Notes: a model not told the origin generated them from the sequence alone. Positions 9,751-18,723 are shown, counted from the first letter of the stretch. The stretch: 64,000 bases of DNA from Ignavibacteriota bacterium (GCA_963801355.1 CAWDEM010000008.1:1632001-1696000), one strand, 5' to 3'. Made by a program: numbers and translations.

Positions 9751-11022
9751 TCACCCGCGGGCGCGGAGGACCGTCCGCTCGTAGTCCCGGATGACGTTCA
9801 TCCATCCCTCCCCGTGCGGCACACCGGCGCGCGCGCAATACGTTTCCCACACCGCGCCGAACGGTAGAGACTTCAACTCTTCGAGCAATGCGAGGCGCCC
9901 GACAAAATCCCCTTCCGCCTCGAGCTGCTCCAACCGCTTGCGGGGCTCGAGGAGGGCGCGGAGAAGGGCCTTCAGGGTCGAGTGGGAACCGAGCACCCAG
10001 GCGCCGATCCGGTTGACGCTGCCGTCAAAGAAGTCGAGTGCGATGTGCACGCGCTGCAGCGCTTCCGCACGAATGATTTCTTCTGCGAGGGCGCTTACTT
10101 CGTCGTTGACTATCACCACATGATCGCTGTCCCACCGTATGCCGCGGCTGACGTGCAGGAGCAACTCATCGACATACAGCAGCAGCGAGGAAACCTTGTC
10201 CGCCACACTCTCGGTCGGATGGAAGTGCCCCAGATCGAGACAGAGCATGACCTTGCGTGTCAGGGCGTAGCCCATGTAGAATTCGTGCGACCCGACGACG
10301 AACGATTCGCTGCCGATGCCGAACAGCTTGCTCTCCACGGCATCTTTCATCTCCTCGGACTCGTAGCGTTTGGTGAAGATGATATCCAGCGCACCGCGCA
10401 ACGCGGCCCGGTGGACGAACCGCCGCACGGTGATGTCTTTTGCGCCGTCCGGGATCCAGATGTTGTGGATGCAAGGCACTCCCTGCATTTTTCCCATCAC
10501 CGCGCTGATTTCACGGCAACGATGCACGTGCTCAATCCAGAAGTCGCGGATGCCAGCGTCGAGACTGCTCAGCGTGAAGCCGCTGTCGGCTTGCGGATGA
10601 GCGAAACAGGTGGAATTGAAGTCGAGCGGGATATCGTGTTCGCGCCCCCAATCCATCCATGTGCGGAAGTGGGCCGGCTCGATGCTGTCACGATCAACTT
10701 TCTTCCCGCCGAAATCTCCGTACATTGCGTGGAGGTTCAGCCGGTGCCTGCCGGGTATCAACGCATAGGCCTTCTCCAGGTCGCGCTGCAGCTCCTGAAT
10801 GGTGCGGGCGCGGCCGGGATACCCGCCCGTCACCTGGATCCCCCCCGAAGCGGTCCCGGCGTCCACGGTTTCAAATCCGTGCACATCGTCGCCCTGCCAG
10901 CAATGGAGCGAGAGTGACACCGATTGCAGGGACTTCATTGCCGCTTCCGTATCCACTCCCAGCTGCGCGTAGCGGTCGCGCGCATGGGCATAAACCTGTT
11001 CAGACGCCGGTTCGGGACTCAT
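9751..11022 (-). CDS. rhaA: L-rhamnose isomerase
   Basis: SLHCWQGDDVHGFE, RLNLHAMY, DAVESKLFGIGSES, LDLGHFHPTE, HVSRGIRWDSDHV; start trimmed to ATG 11022. Confidence 0.93.
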   Translation of the reverse strand: MSPEPASEQVYAHARDRYAQLGVDTEAAMKSLQSVSLSLHCWQGDDVHGFETVDAGTASGGIQVTGGYPGRARTIQELQRDLEKAYALIPGRHRLNLHAMYGDFGGKKVDRDSIEPAHFRTWMDWGREHDIPLDFNSTCFAHPQADSGFTLSSLDAGIRDFWIEHVHRCREISAVMGKMQGVPCIHNIWIPDGAKDITVRRFVHRAALRGALDIIFTKRYESEEMKDAVESKLFGIGSESFVVGSHEFYMGYALTRKVMLCLDLGHFHPTESVADKVSSLLLYVDELLLHVSRGIRWDSDHVVIVNDEVSALAEEIIRAEALQRVHIALDFFDGSVNRIGAWVLGSHSTLKALLRALLEPRKRLEQLEAEGDFVGRLALLEELKSLPFGAVWETYCARAGVPHGEGWMNVIRDYERTVLRARG

Positions 11023-11128
11023 GAGATTCCTCTGGTAGGTGTTGCTGGAAAGCGTTCGGGACTCCTCGCTGCGTAGGTGAAGCCGCCGGGTATATTGTAC
11101 CAAACGGGGGAGAGAATTGCAAAGGATC

Positions 11129-11141
11129 GGGGTCTGACCCC
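11129..11141. repeat. REP-like palindrome GGGGTCTGACCCC
   Basis: Perfect palindrome around a central base; the same core recurs at 57976 and 58036. Confidence 0.5.
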
Positions 11142-11204
11142 TGGCTGCGTGCTGGTTGCTTCTCCCCGCGGATCTGCTTACCATTGACCATTCGACAACC
11201 CTGC

Positions 11205-11269
11205 GACCGTTCACACCACGACAGGAAGGCTGTTTGGACCACCACACAAAGACCGTTCAGACCACAACA
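11205..11269 (+). promoter_or_regulatory. Three direct repeats with 23-bp period (putative LytTR-type operator)
   Basis: GACCGTTCACACCACGACA (11205), GGCTGTTTGGACCACCACA (11228), GACCGTTCAGACCACAACA (11251), immediately upstream of the 11278 start. Confidence 0.5.
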
Positions 11270-11277
11270 CAAGGACC

Positions 11278-11895
11278 ATGCTGATGAAGATCCGCCCCTC
11301 CACCCTGCTTGCCACGTCCCTCCTGGTTTGCGCACCGCTGCTGGTCGCCCAGGAAACCGTGAAAGAAAAATCCACCGGCAAGTCGTTCCCCACCACGATC
11401 ACAGTTTCCCACGAAGGGAAAGACCTCACCCTCGCATTGACGGGAACCACCGTCCGGAAGAAACTGATTATCAAGGTCTATGCGATTGCCCACTACATGC
11501 AGGACCTGCCCAAGGGCAGTGAAAAAGAACTCGTTGCTGCCGTCCTCACCGATGGAAAGGCAAAACAGCTCACAATGGAGTTCGTGCGGGATGTGAGCAG
11601 GGAACAGATACGGAATGCCTACAAAGACGGATTCCAGGAGAATGCTTCGAAGGACGAGCAGAAGGCTATCGCCCCCCTCGTGGAACAATTCCTGGACTAC
11701 TTCACAGGGGATGTCAAAGAGAATGACCGCTTCATACTGCGCTGGTTGCCCGGCGGCGTCGTTCAGGCGCAGGTACAGGGTTCGGAGAAGCCGGCGATCA
11801 CTAACCCCGTGTTCGCACGGGTCCTCTGGACAATTTGGTTTGGTGAGGATTCGATTGTAGACCCGGAAGATCTTGTGAGCCGGATGTTGAACTGA
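11278..11895 (+). CDS. Chalcone isomerase-like (CHI-fold) secreted protein
   Basis: Signal peptide; FP.TI..L.LTG..VRKKLIIKVYAIAHY, F.RDV, FARVLWTIWFG. Confidence 0.8.
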   Translation: MLMKIRPSTLLATSLLVCAPLLVAQETVKEKSTGKSFPTTITVSHEGKDLTLALTGTTVRKKLIIKVYAIAHYMQDLPKGSEKELVAAVLTDGKAKQLTMEFVRDVSREQIRNAYKDGFQENASKDEQKAIAPLVEQFLDYFTGDVKENDRFILRWLPGGVVQAQVQGSEKPAITNPVFARVLWTIWFGEDSIVDPEDLVSRMLN

Positions 11896-11907
11896 GAGCG
11901 GGTAGCG

Positions 11908-12612
11908 TCATTCCCCTTCGATCCGATGGCGGACCTTGTCGAGGAATGGAGTGTCGGCGACAATGCGGCCGTTTTCCAGCAAAAGGAAACGGCCGCAACT
12001 TTCTTGTGCCGTGGCCAGATCATGCGTGGCGAGGAGGAAGGCGGAATCGGTTTCCCTCAAGACCTGTGCAAGTGCACGCCGGCCGGGGGGATCCAGCCCC
12101 GCGGTCGCTTCGTCCAGGAGGAGCACAGCCGGCTTCACAACAAGCACACCGGCGAGCGCAATCCTCAGACGCTGCCCGTGAGAAAGCTCGTACGGTTCCT
12201 TGTCGGCCAGCTCTTCCACGCCGAACGTGTGCAACGCCTCCCGCGCGCGTGTGAGTGCGTTCCCGGGTGCCACCCCCTTCCGCAGCAGACCGTATGCCAC
12301 GTCGTCCAGCACTCGCGGGAAGAGCAGCTGGTCTTCCGGTGTCGCAAACAACATCCCGATGCTTGCGCGGATCTCATTCAGCGTTGACCTGTGCATCGTC
12401 ACGCCGTCCACGCTGATCTCTCCCGTCGTTTCCACAAGTCCGGCTACAGCGAGGAGCAACGTGGTCTTCCCTGACCCGTTGAGGCCGAGCAACGCTGCAT
12501 GTTCCCCACGCTTCAGGTCGAAGGAACAGTCATGCAAGGCCGCCCCGGACGCCGTCGGGTACCGCGCGATGACATTGCGAAAGCTGAGCACACAGCCGGT
12601 CGGGGTTGTCAT
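11908..12612 (-). CDS. ECF transporter ATPase (EcfA/CbiO/NikO-like)
   Basis: Walker A GLNGSGKT, PEDQL..V.DDVAYG, signature LSHGQ, Walker B LLLDE, GLDP, ATHD. Confidence 0.9.
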   Translation of the reverse strand: MTTPTGCVLSFRNVIARYPTASGAALHDCSFDLKRGEHAALLGLNGSGKTTLLLAVAGLVETTGEISVDGVTMHRSTLNEIRASIGMLFATPEDQLLFPRVLDDVAYGLLRKGVAPGNALTRAREALHTFGVEELADKEPYELSHGQRLRIALAGVLVVKPAVLLLDEATAGLDPPGRRALAQVLRETDSAFLLATHDLATAQESCGRFLLLENGRIVADTPFLDKVRHRIEGE

Positions 12613-13274
12613 ACCATCACCCGGAGGACAATGGTGGCTATGAGAACCGTCGCGCAGAGCAGGAATACAAGGACATCGAAGGCAAGCCAGGGCCTGTCGC
12701 GCGGCGGCGGAACCGGAGAACCGTAACCCCGCATTTCCAGAGCGTGGGCCACCCGGTTTGCTTTGAAGATCACCCGCGGGATCCAGACGCGCGGAAGCGC
12801 GTGGAGCAGTTCCCAGCCACCGAAACCCCGGGGGATGGCCCCCCGGATTACGATTGCCTGTCGGATCTTCACTGTTTCCCGGAGCAATACGGAGGCCTGA
12901 TGCAACATCTGCAGGAGGAGAAGCTTCACCATCGCGGGCAGAGGCAAACGGGTCACAGCATCATGCAGCGCCGGATAGCCCATCGTCCCCAACATCGTCA
13001 CGCCGGTGAGAGTAGTTGCCGCACCCTGCGCGACCGACGCCTGCGGGAGAACAAGGAGCATCGGCAGATAGACCACCAGCGTGCCTCCCAGAAGACGCAG
13101 GAATTTCGCAGGATCCGGACGGATGAGTATGAGCGCGACGGCTATCGGGACGACGAGTGAAATCTCTCCGGCCGGGATGCTCACTGGCAGGACGAGACAC
13201 GCCGCGGTCAGCGCGACACCCGCCAGAACTCCCGCAAGCGGGTGGACTTCACATTGCCGGGTCATGACGATCAT
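12609..13274 (-). CDS. ECF transporter T component (EcfT/CbiQ-like)
   Basis: Multi-TM protein with two X-Arg-Gly coupling motifs (AIVIRG, ALEMRGY); ATGA overlaps on both sides. Confidence 0.8.
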   Translation of the reverse strand: MIVMTRQCEVHPLAGVLAGVALTAACLVLPVSIPAGEISLVVPIAVALILIRPDPAKFLRLLGGTLVVYLPMLLVLPQASVAQGAATTLTGVTMLGTMGYPALHDAVTRLPLPAMVKLLLLQMLHQASVLLRETVKIRQAIVIRGAIPRGFGGWELLHALPRVWIPRVIFKANRVAHALEMRGYGSPVPPPRDRPWLAFDVLVFLLCATVLIATIVLRVMV

Positions 13275-13888
13275 GAGTGGTTCCGCAACTTTCTTCCCGT
13301 GATGCAGTAGCGGTCCGGGGCGTCCGTGCACTCCTCCACAACGAAGCCGGCGGGCGGGAACAACGCAGCGACATCCGCCGCGGGAGGGAGCAGATCGTGC
13401 ACGATTGGGGGCGCGGCAGATGCATGGATCCGATTGATGGTTGCGCGGCCGTTGATGTGCAGGATCGTGAAAGCAGAGCCCTCCCGGAGAACCCTGTTCA
13501 TCTCGCGCAGCACGGCAGAAGGATGAACGAAGTGGGGCCAGGCCGAAAAACAGATGACGCGATCACAGCTCGACCGGGCCAGGGGCAAAGCCGCGGCATC
13601 CGTCTTACACCACCGGACCCGCGGATCGGGGAATTTCCCGCGTGCCCTTTCGATCATCGCCGCTGAAAAGTCCACAGCCGTGATGAACGCCTCCGGCCCG
13701 AGCTTTTCCAGAAGTACGGCAGTCAAATTCCCCGTGCCGCAACCGAGATCGACCACGTGCTCATCCGGTCCCAGATGCATGCAGTCCAGCTCGATGCTGA
13801 GCGCGGCACGCACCTGGTCGTGATCGGTGAACCCGTCCCAGCGGGAAGAGAGTTCATCAAAATATGCCTGCTTCTGTTTGTCACCCAT
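13271..13888 (-). CDS. Class I SAM-dependent methyltransferase
   Basis: Motif I VVDLGCGTG, AVDFSAAM, DAAALP, FSAWPHF, EMNRVL. Confidence 0.88.
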   Translation of the reverse strand: MGDKQKQAYFDELSSRWDGFTDHDQVRAALSIELDCMHLGPDEHVVDLGCGTGNLTAVLLEKLGPEAFITAVDFSAAMIERARGKFPDPRVRWCKTDAAALPLARSSCDRVICFSAWPHFVHPSAVLREMNRVLREGSAFTILHINGRATINRIHASAAPPIVHDLLPPAADVAALFPPAGFVVEECTDAPDRYCITGRKLRNHS

Positions 13889-14429
13889 GGAGTTTTCGTG
13901 CGAGGAGTGCGACGGGAGGGACAACGACTATCATCAATAACACCCCCGGCCAGCCTGCGAAGAAAGAAATGCCAGCCACAAAAGCTGCAGGTAGGTCCAG
14001 CGCCCCGGAGACAAGATACATGAGGCCGGCATTGAGGAACCGGCCCGCGATGAGGACCGGCACCAGGAAAGCGACAGGGGTGACACCCGGCCAGCGGACG
14101 CGCAGCGCTGCCAGGACGCCTGCCATGAGCGCCAGCTCGACGGACATCACCGGTGCGATGGGCGGCATCAGCGGCGGCATCCCTGTAATCAACGCGGAAA
14201 GCATGGGGACGAGCAATGCGGTTGTTCCCGCAACTCCCCATCGCACGAAGAAGGGCAATGCCATCAGCGGAATGTACATCGGCATGAACATATGCCCGAG
14301 CTGCACGAGGTGAAACAGGGCCGGCAGGGCAAGTGCCGCGGCTCCAAACAGTCCTCCAAAGGCGAGTTCCCGCGGCGCCAGGAAGGATTTTCTGCGGAGG
14401 TCGATTTGCCCGGTCAGTGCATCTCCCAC
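13881..14429 (-). CDS. ECF transporter S (substrate-binding) component, non-NikM type
   Basis: About 6 TM helices; GLFGAAALALPALFH, FMPMYIP, P.LS..ITGMPP, PG...MIV; lies within an EcfT/EcfA operon; start uncertain. Confidence 0.7.
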   Translation of the reverse strand: MGDALTGQIDLRRKSFLAPRELAFGGLFGAAALALPALFHLVQLGHMFMPMYIPLMALPFFVRWGVAGTTALLVPMLSALITGMPPLMPPIAPVMSVELALMAGVLAALRVRWPGVTPVAFLVPVLIAGRFLNAGLMYLVSGALDLPAAFVAGISFFAGWPGVLLMIVVVPPVALLARKLHG

Positions 14430-16243
14430 CGCACACCTCCGATCAACGTCCGGCCGGGCATCGGATAGTCCGCCATGGTCTGGTACGCCTGATTGAACAA
14501 GTTCTCGCCTGAAAGAAACACTGAGATCCCGGGCAATGGTGTGACGGTCACACGCGCCTGAACGACCGGATAGTCAGGCAGGGCCTGTTTCGACCTGTCG
14601 GCACCATACAGTCCGGCAACGTACTGCAGCCCCGCACTTGTCGCATACATCTCCTCAACGTAGGACAGACCAATGTAGAGCTTGTGCCGGGGATTGGCCA
14701 TTGTTTGATCGCCGGGGGCCAGGTAGCCGTATGTAAGATCAGATGCGACCGAGGAAGAAAAGCGGACATTTCCGGAAAGTTCCACCCCGCGGTGTACAAA
14801 CGAACCCGAGTTCCGGAGTTGGAGGTTGGGATAGACTCCTTCCGTCCGTATGATGTTCCGACCTTCCGATTGGAATGCCGAAAACTCCAGAGAGACCCGG
14901 TCGCCGAACGCGTGCAGAAGACCCACCTCGTAGTTCCACATCTGTTCAGGCTCCAGCCCCGGGGTCGGAGCCGGGAAAAGATAGAGTTCACGGATGGTCG
15001 GACTGCGAAAGCCCCGTGAGGCCGTGGCACGGAGCGTCGTCGCATCGTCGGTCCGCCAGGCAACGCCGAATTGCGGCGCAAGAGCACTCCCGTACACGTT
15101 GCTATGGTTCAGACGCAAACCGGCGTTCACCATCACGCTGGAAAAGAGTTCCTGCTGCACCAACCCATAGACACCGTATTCTGACTGGCGGTGTATGCCA
15201 TAATCGAGTCCGGCTCTCGTGTTGTACGCTTCACCGCCGTAGTCCTTGAAGTCCAAACCGAGCGTGACTATTGTTCCCCGGGCCATGGTGATTCCCTGGT
15301 AGAACATCACGCCAATGTTGTTGTCCGTCGAATGGTAGCCGTCATAGATGTCGTGCACACCGTAGTTGTAGAAGGCCTTCAGCGCTCCCCGGACGTTTGC
15401 GTAGCGGTTCTCCAGAGCAAACCCCGAGCTCCCGCGGACGATGTCAACCCAATTGTTGATCCTGGGTGCTGCAGCGGGTCCCGGATCGTATGTGCGGAAT
15501 CCCGAGACGCTGGCATCGGCGCTGAAAACATATTCCGGAGAAAACGCATAGTTGCCGCGCACCGAACCATTGTTGATCTTGAACGAGGAAAACGGACGGT
15601 GCCCGTCAGTAGCGTACCGGCTCCCGCGCACTGCAACGCCACCCTGCTCGCCTCCGAAGGCAATCCCACCCTCCAGCTTAAACGTACCGAAATTGCCTCC
15701 GGCCATGGACGCATTCCCGTCCCAACCCCCGGCTGGTATACGTGAAGAGATAATGTTGATCACGCCTCCCATCGCGTTTGTGCCGTGGAGGAGAGATGCA
15801 GGCCCGCGGATGACCTCGACCCGGTCGACTCCGGCCGTCACGTACGTGTCGGGAAGCGGATGTCCCATCAGCCCCATCAACTGCGGCCGGCCATCGGTGA
15901 GGACGAGTATTCCTGTGTTGGGGCTCCCTCCGGTTCCCCGGATGGAAATACCCCCGGCAGCCCCGGTCGAGACGCCGTACCCCAGCACCCCCCGCTCGGT
16001 GACAAAGATCCCGGGGACCACTGTATTCAATACCGCGAGCATCGATGTTTCCCCGCTCCGGCGTATATCTTCCCGGCTCACGATGGACACGGCGTTCGGA
16101 ACGGTGCTCCTGAGCACTTCGATGTTCGTGCCGGTAATGACCACCGGATCAAGAACGAAGGTGCGAGCAGTATCGCGTTCAGCCTGCCCCAGTACGCAGA
16201 CGGGGAGCAACAGAGACACCATGATGGAAGAGAATGCTCTCAT
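14414..16243 (-). CDS. TonB-dependent receptor (small, BtuB-like size)
   Basis: Signal peptide, TonB box DPVVITGT, plug ISIRG..DG.P..RVEVIRGPASLLHGTNAMGGVINII, GFRSP, ENLFN..Y..PGR..W terminus. Confidence 0.93.
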   Translation of the reverse strand: MRAFSSIMVSLLLPVCVLGQAERDTARTFVLDPVVITGTNIEVLRSTVPNAVSIVSREDIRRSGETSMLAVLNTVVPGIFVTERGVLGYGVSTGAAGGISIRGTGGSPNTGILVLTDGRPQLMGLMGHPLPDTYVTAGVDRVEVIRGPASLLHGTNAMGGVINIISSRIPAGGWDGNASMAGGNFGTFKLEGGIAFGGEQGGVAVRGSRYATDGHRPFSSFKINNGSVRGNYAFSPEYVFSADASVSGFRTYDPGPAAAPRINNWVDIVRGSSGFALENRYANVRGALKAFYNYGVHDIYDGYHSTDNNIGVMFYQGITMARGTIVTLGLDFKDYGGEAYNTRAGLDYGIHRQSEYGVYGLVQQELFSSVMVNAGLRLNHSNVYGSALAPQFGVAWRTDDATTLRATASRGFRSPTIRELYLFPAPTPGLEPEQMWNYEVGLLHAFGDRVSLEFSAFQSEGRNIIRTEGVYPNLQLRNSGSFVHRGVELSGNVRFSSSVASDLTYGYLAPGDQTMANPRHKLYIGLSYVEEMYATSAGLQYVAGLYGADRSKQALPDYPVVQARVTVTPLPGISVFLSGENLFNQAYQTMADYPMPGRTLIGGVRWEMH

Positions 16244-16251
16244 TTTCCCCT

Positions 16252-16674
16252 TCAGGCAATATCGTGAACCGACGTCAGCGAGATATTGCTGTGCTTGACC
16301 CCCTTGAAACTCGCCAGCGCCGCCGCAAGCGAACGCACGGCTCTCACCGGTCCACGGAGCAGAATCACTTCCAGGCAATTGTCGTGATCGAGGTGGACGT
16401 GGGTTGTGGTGATAATCTGATGATGCGCGTGATGCTGCACATCGGTCAGCTTTTCCTCCAGATCCCTTTGATGGTGGTTGTACACAAGCGTCAGGACCCC
16501 GAACGCGTCTGCATCCGGATCCTGGATGCGTTCTTCCACCAATCGTGCGCGCATCAGGTCGCGGAACGCCTCAGAGCGCGTGCCGTATCCCGCATGATCG
16601 ATGAATGTGTCGAATTTGCGCAATAGATCGGCATCGATCGAGACGCCGAAACGGACCAGACGGTGAGAAGGCAT
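16252..16674 (-). CDS. nikR: Nickel-responsive transcriptional regulator NikR
   Basis: RHH RFGVSID..LL..FD..GY.TRSEAFRDL.R; metal-binding domain YNHHQR..QH..HVHLDHDNCLEV..LRG with Ni-ligand His/Cys residues. Confidence 0.95.
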   Translation of the reverse strand: MPSHRLVRFGVSIDADLLRKFDTFIDHAGYGTRSEAFRDLMRARLVEERIQDPDADAFGVLTLVYNHHQRDLEEKLTDVQHHAHHQIITTTHVHLDHDNCLEVILLRGPVRAVRSLAAALASFKGVKHSNISLTSVHDIA

Positions 16675-16675
16675 A

Positions 16676-16721
16676 GTAGCACTTTTTCTTTAAAAGTAGC
16701 ACGATAAACACTGAAAATCAA
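16676..16721 (-). promoter_or_regulatory. Putative NikR operator GTGCTAC-N13-GTGCTAC overlapping promoter TTGATT-N17-TACTTT
   Basis: Half-sites at 16696-16702 and 16676-16682 with a 13-bp AT-rich spacer; -35 at 16716-16721, -10 at 16693-16698; ends 1 nt before the nikR ATG. Confidence 0.75.
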
Positions 16722-16782
16722 GAACACATCAGTGGCATCTTTCATCCCGGGATGCTATTTTGCCATGTACTACGGGGCTGTT

Positions 16783-18723
16783 ATGATGAAACGATGGATG
16801 GTCTCTACCGTACTCCCGGCCTGTGCGCTGCTCCTGGCTTCCTGCAGCGGATCGACGACGTGGCTCGATGACGAGCAGCTCCGCACGGCTCTCCGAGAAA
16901 CCGCATCCGCCGGCGTGCAGAACCCCGACGCCGGAGCCCAGGTCCTGCTGGACGAAGGATCGATGGAAATCAACAGCGGAGGCGAAATCGCGCTCAGCAT
17001 GTTCGAGCGACACCGCATCGTCCGCATACTGAAGCCCCGCGGCCAACGTTTTGCCAATATTATCATCCCCTACGGATCCACGTCGATCGTCCATGGCATT
17101 CAGGCCCGCACAATTGAGCCGGGCGGGCGCATCGTCCCATTGCAGGACACGGATATTTTCGACGTCAGTCTCTATCCGAATTTTGTGTTCTTCTCCGACC
17201 AACGGGCAAAAATCTTCACGTTGCCCGCCATCGAGGACGGCGCCATCATCGAGTACCGGTATCGCGTCGCAATCAAAGGCCGGACATTCTGGCATTCCTG
17301 GACTTTCCAGGACGACGCACCGGTAGCCCTGTCGCGGTTCACGCTGGTGAAACCGGGTGACTGGGACGTCGTCTTCAGGTCGTATGGCACGCCGATCGTC
17401 CCTGCAGTGACAACAGCACCTGCAGGATTCAGATCCACGCACGTATGGGAGGCCCGCAATTTGCCTCCGCTCCGGAGCGAGTTCGGCATGCCCCCCAGCC
17501 AGGAGGTCGCCACGCGTATTGCTCTTGCTCCCGTGGGCTTCAAGACCTGGGAGGATGTCGCACACTGGTATGCGGACATCGTCGGCAAACATAACGTCGG
17601 GGGAGCTGAAGTCGAAGCGATGGCCGAAAGTCTGGCGCGCACGGCAGACTCCGACATTGATCGGCTCCGTCGCTTGTTCGAATGGGTGCGTGACCAGGTG
17701 CGGTACGTGGCCATCGAGGTCGGTGTCGGTGGTTATGAACCACACAACGCCGACGAAGTCTTCGCAAAGCGCTACGGCGATTGCAAGGATCTGGTGATGC
17801 TCCTGAGCGCGATGGCCCGTGCGGTGAAGATCGACGTGCGGCCTGTACTGATCAGCACGTGGCACAACGGCAGGGCTGACACACTTCTGCCGTCGGCACT
17901 GCAATTCAATCACCTCATCGGCTATGCGCCTGACGTCGCGCCGGGGGGAATCTGGCTTGACGCGACTGACAAAGCCGGACCATTTGGCTCGCTCCCCTGG
18001 TACGATCAGGGGATGCCGGTGATTGTCGCCGGCCCGGCGGACAGAGGTTTCCGTGCAGTCACACCTCGGGTTGCCGCCTCAGCCAACGCCACCGCCGTGG
18101 ACTGGACGGTGGAACTCGACGCCAATGGCTCCGCCCTGGTCAAGGGAACAACAGTGTTCACAGGAGCATCCGCACTGGGGCTGCGGAACGACCTGCGAGT
18201 CGCGGACACGTCGGACGTACGCCAGTGGCTCGGGACGTCATTGGCCCGCCGGTGTCCGGGTGCCACACTCGTGAGCTACATTCCCCCTTCGGTGCGTCCT
18301 CCTCGTGACACGTTGGTGGTGTCCTACACGTTCCGCGCCCCGTCATTTGGCGTGCGACGCGAGTCATTGCTCGTCATCCGTCCCTGGGCCTTCAACGCGT
18401 CATCGCTGGCAGACTACTTCCGCGAACAGCAGCGCACATACCCTGTGCGCTTTGAGTACCCTTCGGAGTCCTCGCTCCGGCTCACCATCTGGGCTCCGCT
18501 CGGGTGGCGGCATCAAACACAATCTTCCGCAGATTCGCTCCTGGCTCCATGCGGCAGAGGCGAGTGGCGCATGACCGCGCAACCGGATTCCGCGTGGCTC
18601 TCCATGAAAGTGAATTTACAGGGAGAAGATCTGATGCCGGCGGAATACCCGGCATTCAGGAATTTCCTGGATGGTGTGCGGATGAGAGAAGGGGCGGAAA
18701 TAACGCTGTCAAGGAGAGAGTAG
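16783..18723 (+). CDS. DUF3857 + transglutaminase-like domain lipoprotein
   Basis: Lipobox LLASC; DUF3857 features (ARTI.P.G, P.IE.GAIIEYRY); catalytic triad YGDCKD, FNH, LDAT. Confidence 0.85.
   Translation: MMKRWMVSTVLPACALLLASCSGSTTWLDDEQLRTALRETASAGVQNPDAGAQVLLDEGSMEINSGGEIALSMFERHRIVRILKPRGQRFANIIIPYGSTSIVHGIQARTIEPGGRIVPLQDTDIFDVSLYPNFVFFSDQRAKIFTLPAIEDGAIIEYRYRVAIKGRTFWHSWTFQDDAPVALSRFTLVKPGDWDVVFRSYGTPIVPAVTTAPAGFRSTHVWEARNLPPLRSEFGMPPSQEVATRIALAPVGFKTWEDVAHWYADIVGKHNVGGAEVEAMAESLARTADSDIDRLRRLFEWVRDQVRYVAIEVGVGGYEPHNADEVFAKRYGDCKDLVMLLSAMARAVKIDVRPVLISTWHNGRADTLLPSALQFNHLIGYAPDVAPGGIWLDATDKAGPFGSLPWYDQGMPVIVAGPADRGFRAVTPRVAASANATAVDWTVELDANGSALVKGTTVFTGASALGLRNDLRVADTSDVRQWLGTSLARRCPGATLVSYIPPSVRPPRDTLVVSYTFRAPSFGVRRESLLVIRPWAFNASSLADYFREQQRTYPVRFEYPSESSLRLTIWAPLGWRHQTQSSADSLLAPCGRGEWRMTAQPDSAWLSMKVNLQGEDLMPAEYPAFRNFLDGVRMREGAEITLSRRE

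Noticed and set aside
11205-11269. 23-bp periodic repeats as a mini-CRISPR
   Set aside because: The period is far too short and the copies are degenerate; an operator fits better.
13881-14429. Calling the S component nikM or cbiM
   Set aside because: It lacks the N-terminal MH(I/M)xDG metal-binding motif.
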